Assembly (NCBI GenBank): GCA_046331705.1
Contig: JAXLQJ010000034.1
Location: 1 to 64,000 of the forward strand
DNA: 64,000 bases
Direction of reading: 5' to 3'
DNA from: a bacterium
GTDB taxonomy: Bacteria; JADJOY01
Position 1 is the first letter of the stretch. Each line of letters opens with the position of its first letter. The notes beneath the pieces are model-generated. The model saw only the letters and a program-made list of their open reading frames with translations, did no database searches and was not told where the DNA came from. Position numbers and translations under genes: made by a program. This document shows, piece by piece, positions 58,329 through 64,000 of the stretch.

Positions 58329-59504
58329 ATGCGGATCGTGTCCGTCTGGGCAAAAGGTGCCGCGGTTCGGCCGATTCAGACCGATGCGCTGGCGGCGCTG
58401 AGCGAGTTGGGTCACGAGGTCACGACGTTCCCGACCGAGGCCCTGCTCGATTTGGCCCGCCTGCGCGACGAGGTCCGGGCCATCCAGCCTCATTTCGCGT
58501 TCTTCGTCGCCAACCTGTCGGTGCCCCTCGAGGTCCTCGACGAGCTCGGGGTCCCGTTCGCGACGTGGTTCGCCGACAACCCGTTCCGCGTCCTGGACGA
58601 GCGCTTCCGCGGCGCGCGGATGAGCCTCTTCTCGTGGGATCGCGCCTACCTCGCCGAGCTCCGCGAGCACGGCATCGAGCACGCCCACTGGCTGCCGCTG
58701 GCGGCCAACCCGGGACGCTTCACGGCCGGCCCGCAAGATCCCGAGCGCGTGGCGCCGCTCTCCTTCTGCGCGGACTGCGGCGACGACGAGCAGCTGAGCG
58801 ACCTGCCCTTCGCGGAGGTGCCGGGGCTCAAGGAGATCGTCGACGAGCTGATCGACGCCCAGGCGCTCGACCCCACTCGGCGCATCCCGACGCTGGTCCG
58901 CGAGCGCGCCTCCGCATCGCAGACTCACGAGCTCTTGGCGCGGGCGCTCGCCGGCGACGCGGCGCTCGCGCGCGAGCTCGAGATCTGCGTCGAGGCCTCC
59001 GCGGGTGTGCGCTACCGGCGCAACGTGCTGCTGGCGCTGGTCACGGGAGGCGTCCCCCTCGACGTCTACGGCCCGGCGGGCTGGGGACCGCAAGTGGGCG
59101 GCCTGCCGCGCGTGCGCGTGCTCGGCTGGCTCGAGAACGGCGAGCCGCTCGCGTCGCTCTACCGATCCTCCACGGTCAATCTCAATCTCACGATCCCGCA
59201 GCTTCGCACCGCGCTGCCGATGCGGGTGTTCGACGCCCTCGCCGCGGGCGGCGCCGTCCTCACGGACTACCGCGCCGACGTGGAGGAGCTCTTCGATCCG
59301 CGGAGTGAGCTGCACGTGGCGCGCTCGACGCCCGAGCTGGTCGAGCTGGCGCAATGGCTGCTGCGTCATCCCCGCTACGCCGCCGAGGCCGCGCGCGCCG
59401 GACAGGCGCGGGTGCTCGCCGAGCACACGTTCCGCCACCGCATGGAGGCGCTGGTGAACCAGGTCTGCGCCGACCACGCACTGAGCCTCCCCGCCGCCGC
59501 GTGA
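58329..59504 (+). CDS. CgeB/YkvP-family glycosyltransferase-like protein
   Basis: WFADNP; LPLAAN; YRSSTVNLN..MRVFDALAAGG..LTD; AEHTFRHR. Confidence 0.85.
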   Translation: MRIVSVWAKGAAVRPIQTDALAALSELGHEVTTFPTEALLDLARLRDEVRAIQPHFAFFVANLSVPLEVLDELGVPFATWFADNPFRVLDERFRGARMSLFSWDRAYLAELREHGIEHAHWLPLAANPGRFTAGPQDPERVAPLSFCADCGDDEQLSDLPFAEVPGLKEIVDELIDAQALDPTRRIPTLVRERASASQTHELLARALAGDAALARELEICVEASAGVRYRRNVLLALVTGGVPLDVYGPAGWGPQVGGLPRVRVLGWLENGEPLASLYRSSTVNLNLTIPQLRTALPMRVFDALAAGGAVLTDYRADVEELFDPRSELHVARSTPELVELAQWLLRHPRYAAEAARAGQARVLAEHTFRHRMEALVNQVCADHALSLPAAA

Positions 59505-59540
59505 CGCCGCCCCGCCGACACCGCCGCCGAGACCCACGCC

Positions 59541-61237
<1,697 letters not shown>

Positions 61238-61241
<4 letters not shown>

Positions 61242-61738
61242 AACTCCAGGTCGACGAGGCCCTGCTCGACGCCGTGCTCCACGGCACGGAACGCGGGCTC
61301 GAGATGACGGGTGTCCAGCCGCCCGCCGTGGGTGCCAGCAACCTCTTCAGCGCCGACCGCTCGCTGGCGGTGATGGTCGGTTTGGTGGGACGCGACAGCG
61401 GCACGCTCACGCTCAACGTGAGCGAGCGCGCGATGCTGGTGCTCGCCGGCAAGCTGCTCGGCGACGATCAGCACGAGATCAACGACGACAGCATCGACGC
61501 GATCATGGAGATCGGGAACATGATCGCGGGCTGCGCCAAGGATCGGCTGCTCGAGCACGGCTACGAGGTCCAGGCGATCTCGGTTCCTTCGCTCATCTTC
61601 GGCGCCAGCTACGACGTCTACTACGCCCGCGGCATCCGCACGGTCTCGGTGCAGTTCGAGCTGCCGGCGATGCCGGTGGCCTTCCACCGCGACCGCATCT
61701 TCTCCACCACGCTCTCGCTGCTGCGGCGCCTGGCGTGA
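61238..61738 (+). CDS. cheX: CheX-family chemotaxis phosphatase
   Basis: VGLVG; DAIMEIGNMIAG; ISVPSLI. Confidence 0.85.
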
Positions 61739-61751
61739 CGGGCTCGAATCG

Positions 61752-62591
61752 GTGAAGGCCTCGCTGGTCGCCGCGATCGGGAACGCGCCAGTCGGCGTCG
61801 AGCCCCCGAGCGAGCGCGCCCCGAGCGGTGAGTCCTCGTTCGCCGCGCGCTACCAGGCTGCGGTCGCGGAGGGACCCGCCGACGTCTCCGCTGCGCCGTG
61901 CTCCGTCCGGGTCGAGTCCGGCGACACGCTGTGGGCGCTGGTTCGTCGCCAGCTCGAGTCCGGCGGCAATCGCGCCTCCGATGGCGACGTGCTCGCGGGC
62001 GTGCGCAGCGTGGCCGCGCGCAATCGCATCGACGATCCCAATGTGATCGTGCCCGGCCAGACGATCGATCTCGCCGCCGTCGCCGACGTGGATCCGGGCG
62101 GCGACTCTCCGCGGCTACCGGCGCTCGACGATGTGCCGGGTCCGGCGCCGGAGTCCGCGTCGGCGCCCGTCCCGGAAACGCTCGACCTCGGGGGCTTGGT
62201 GGCCGGCGGCGGCGACCGGGTCACCAGTCGCTTCGGGCTGCGTCGCGATCCGCTCTGTGGCGAGCGCCGCTTCCACTCCGGCATCGACATCGCCGCGCCG
62301 CAGGGCGCCGGCGTGCGTGCGGCTGCCGGGGGAACGGTCACCTTCGCCGGCCAGCAAGCGGGCTACGGCCGCACGGTCGTCATCGACCACGGCGACGGCC
62401 GCTCGACGGTGTACGCGCACCTGAGCGCGATCCTGGTTCGTCCCGGCGATCGCGTGGATGCGTCGACGGAGGTCGCCCGCGTCGGCCGCACCGGCCGCGC
62501 CACGGGTCCGCATCTGCACTTCGAGCTGCGCCAGGACGGCGTCGCAGTCGATCCCGCGCTCGCCAGCCTCGCGATCGACGATCGCGCCTGA
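61752..62591 (+). CDS. LysM + M23 peptidase (peptidoglycan endopeptidase)
   Basis: VESGDTLW..I.DPNVIVPGQ; HSGID; YAHL; TGPHLHFE. Confidence 0.92.
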   Translation: MKASLVAAIGNAPVGVEPPSERAPSGESSFAARYQAAVAEGPADVSAAPCSVRVESGDTLWALVRRQLESGGNRASDGDVLAGVRSVAARNRIDDPNVIVPGQTIDLAAVADVDPGGDSPRLPALDDVPGPAPESASAPVPETLDLGGLVAGGGDRVTSRFGLRRDPLCGERRFHSGIDIAAPQGAGVRAAAGGTVTFAGQQAGYGRTVVIDHGDGRSTVYAHLSAILVRPGDRVDASTEVARVGRTGRATGPHLHFELRQDGVAVDPALASLAIDDRA

Positions 62592-62733
62592 AGGGCCGCT
62601 GACGCACGCGCCGCTGCGCGTTTCTCGCGCCGGCCGCGGCTTCCTCGGGGGTCGGTCTCGGACCCCCGCCTGCCCGTCGACTGGCTGCGCTCGTCGCGGC
62701 GCCGTCAACGCGCGCCAGCGCGAGCAGCGCTCG

Positions 62734-63714
62734 TCAGGCGAACGCAGCCATCGCCTTCTGATGGGCCTCGTGCGCCTCGCGCATCAGCAAGTCCACGTCG
62801 GGCGCGCTCACCTCGAGTCCCACCGCGCTCGCGCGATTCACGACCTCCTCGAAGAAGGTCGCGGTCGACGCGGTGCCATCGGCCTCGGCTTCGAGCGCGT
62901 AGCAGAGCCGGTCCGCGAGATGCACGGCGGCCACCAGCAGGCTGTGCTCGTCGTCGTCTTGGGGCCGATGGTGGTACTCGATGGCGCGGCGGCACGTGCT
63001 GGGCAGCTTCCAGCTCGACGCCACCAGCGCTCCCACCTTCTCGTGGAACTCGTCGAACACCACCTCGAAGTAGTCGCCCGGCTCGAACTGGATGCCGGCC
63101 CGATCCCGCAGCACGCGCTCGATGTTCATGAGCGAGATCACGAGGGTGGGCTTGCCGATGTCGTGGAGCAGCCCGGCCAGGAACGCCTCGTCCATGGGCA
63201 GGCGCTTCATCTTGGCGACCTGGCGCGTGATGTTCCCGCACAGCAGCGCGTGCTCCCAGAGTCGCGTCATCGCGGCCTTGTAACGCTGATCGCGCAGGAT
63301 CGCGGAGCGGAACGAGATGGCCAGCACGATGTCGCGCACGTTCACCACGCCGAGCCGCTGCACGGCCTCGCGCAAGCTGGCGACCTCGCGGGTGCCGGCG
63401 AAGAACGCCGAGTTCGCGGTCTTGAGCACCTTCGCGGTGATGAACTGATCGCGCTCGATCACGCTCACCACGTCGCGAAGCTGGAACTCGCTGGTGGCCG
63501 TGAGCCGCATCAGCTCGACCGCGACCGACGGCAGCAAGGGCGCCTCGATCCGGTCCTCGCGGATGTCCTCCGAGACCTGACGACGCAGTGTCTTGAGGAG
63601 CGCCTCGATGCGGCGCTGCTCACGGTCGACCTCGATCGACGACCGAACCTCGATGGGGGTGGCTGCGGAGCGTGGAGGATGGCTCGAAACCGTCGCGGTC
63701 ATGCGTGTCTCCAT
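62734..63714 (-). CDS. HDOD domain signalling protein
   Basis: P.LP.V; D..ITAKVLKTANS; AVQRLG; AFLAGLLHDIGK; W.LP..I.YHH. Confidence 0.9.
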   Translation of the reverse strand: METRMTATVSSHPPRSAATPIEVRSSIEVDREQRRIEALLKTLRRQVSEDIREDRIEAPLLPSVAVELMRLTATSEFQLRDVVSVIERDQFITAKVLKTANSAFFAGTREVASLREAVQRLGVVNVRDIVLAISFRSAILRDQRYKAAMTRLWEHALLCGNITRQVAKMKRLPMDEAFLAGLLHDIGKPTLVISLMNIERVLRDRAGIQFEPGDYFEVVFDEFHEKVGALVASSWKLPSTCRRAIEYHHRPQDDDEHSLLVAAVHLADRLCYALEAEADGTASTATFFEEVVNRASAVGLEVSAPDVDLLMREAHEAHQKAMAAFA

Positions 63715-63782
63715 CCGTTCTGGGGGAGTGGGCGGGGATCACCCGTGGTGGCTGGCCGCATCGTGCGGTCGCGCTACCGCTC

Positions 63783-63810
63783 CTTTCGGCCGGCCATGCG
63801 CGCGACTTGA
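63783..63810 (-). promoter_or_regulatory. sigma28 promoter of the HDOD gene
   Basis: Minus strand TCAAG-N15-GCCGAAAG. Confidence 0.65.
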
Positions 63811-63924
63811 GCGATTCCGAGCAGGAGGCCGGTTTTGCCCGGTTCCCAGGCAAGGCTGACCGGCGAATGGCCCCGCAACCGAGCGCGGACGCCCCTTTCT
63901 TCGCGCTTCTCGTCGGTTCCGTCG

Positions 63925-63940
63925 CGGCACGCATGTTGCG
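63925..63940 (+). promoter_or_regulatory. sigma54 promoter for an operon beyond the window
   Basis: CGGCACGCATGTTGCG. Confidence 0.7.
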
Positions 63941-64000
63941 AAGGGCCACCGTGACCTGGCGATCCGCGGCCGCTCCGATGTCGACCGCGAAACGCCACCG

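Overview
High-GC, diderm bacterial DNA. The gene set resembles deltaproteobacterial/Myxococcota-type organisms, but that is an inference only. Positions 1-14.1 kb hold lipid/sterol-related genes: a FadL-type transporter, an SCP2 protein, two tandem KshA/Neverland-like Rieske oxygenases, an Mpo1-like protein, a Crp/Fnr regulator, a GH1 and a patatin. This block carries a perfect KstR-type operator palindrome and a perfect CRP box. Positions 14.4-42.5 kb are a large polar-flagellum cluster (fliLMNOPQR flhBAFG fliA, flgFGAHIJMNKL, csrA fliW, fliC fliD fliS, maf) with readable sigma54 and sigma28 promoters. Positions 47.4-59.5 kb are a flagellin-glycosylation-type island (NeuB-family synthase, two radical SAM enzymes, several glycosyltransferases, CgeB-like protein) plus a second, inverted flagellin. 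A hybrid kinase, CheX, a LysM-M23 peptidase and an HDOD protein follow. Between maf and the glycosylation operon (42.7-47.0 kb) sits the best candidate for an undescribed system: a RAYT-like HUH (Y1) transposase followed by an array of short same-strand motifs (about AAAGY-GRGTGTCACC). One further copy of the motif marks the 5' break of a lower-GC, truncated Rhs toxin/immunity cassette, which suggests HUH-mediated capture of DNA cassettes. All calls come from reading motifs by eye; no database searches were run.
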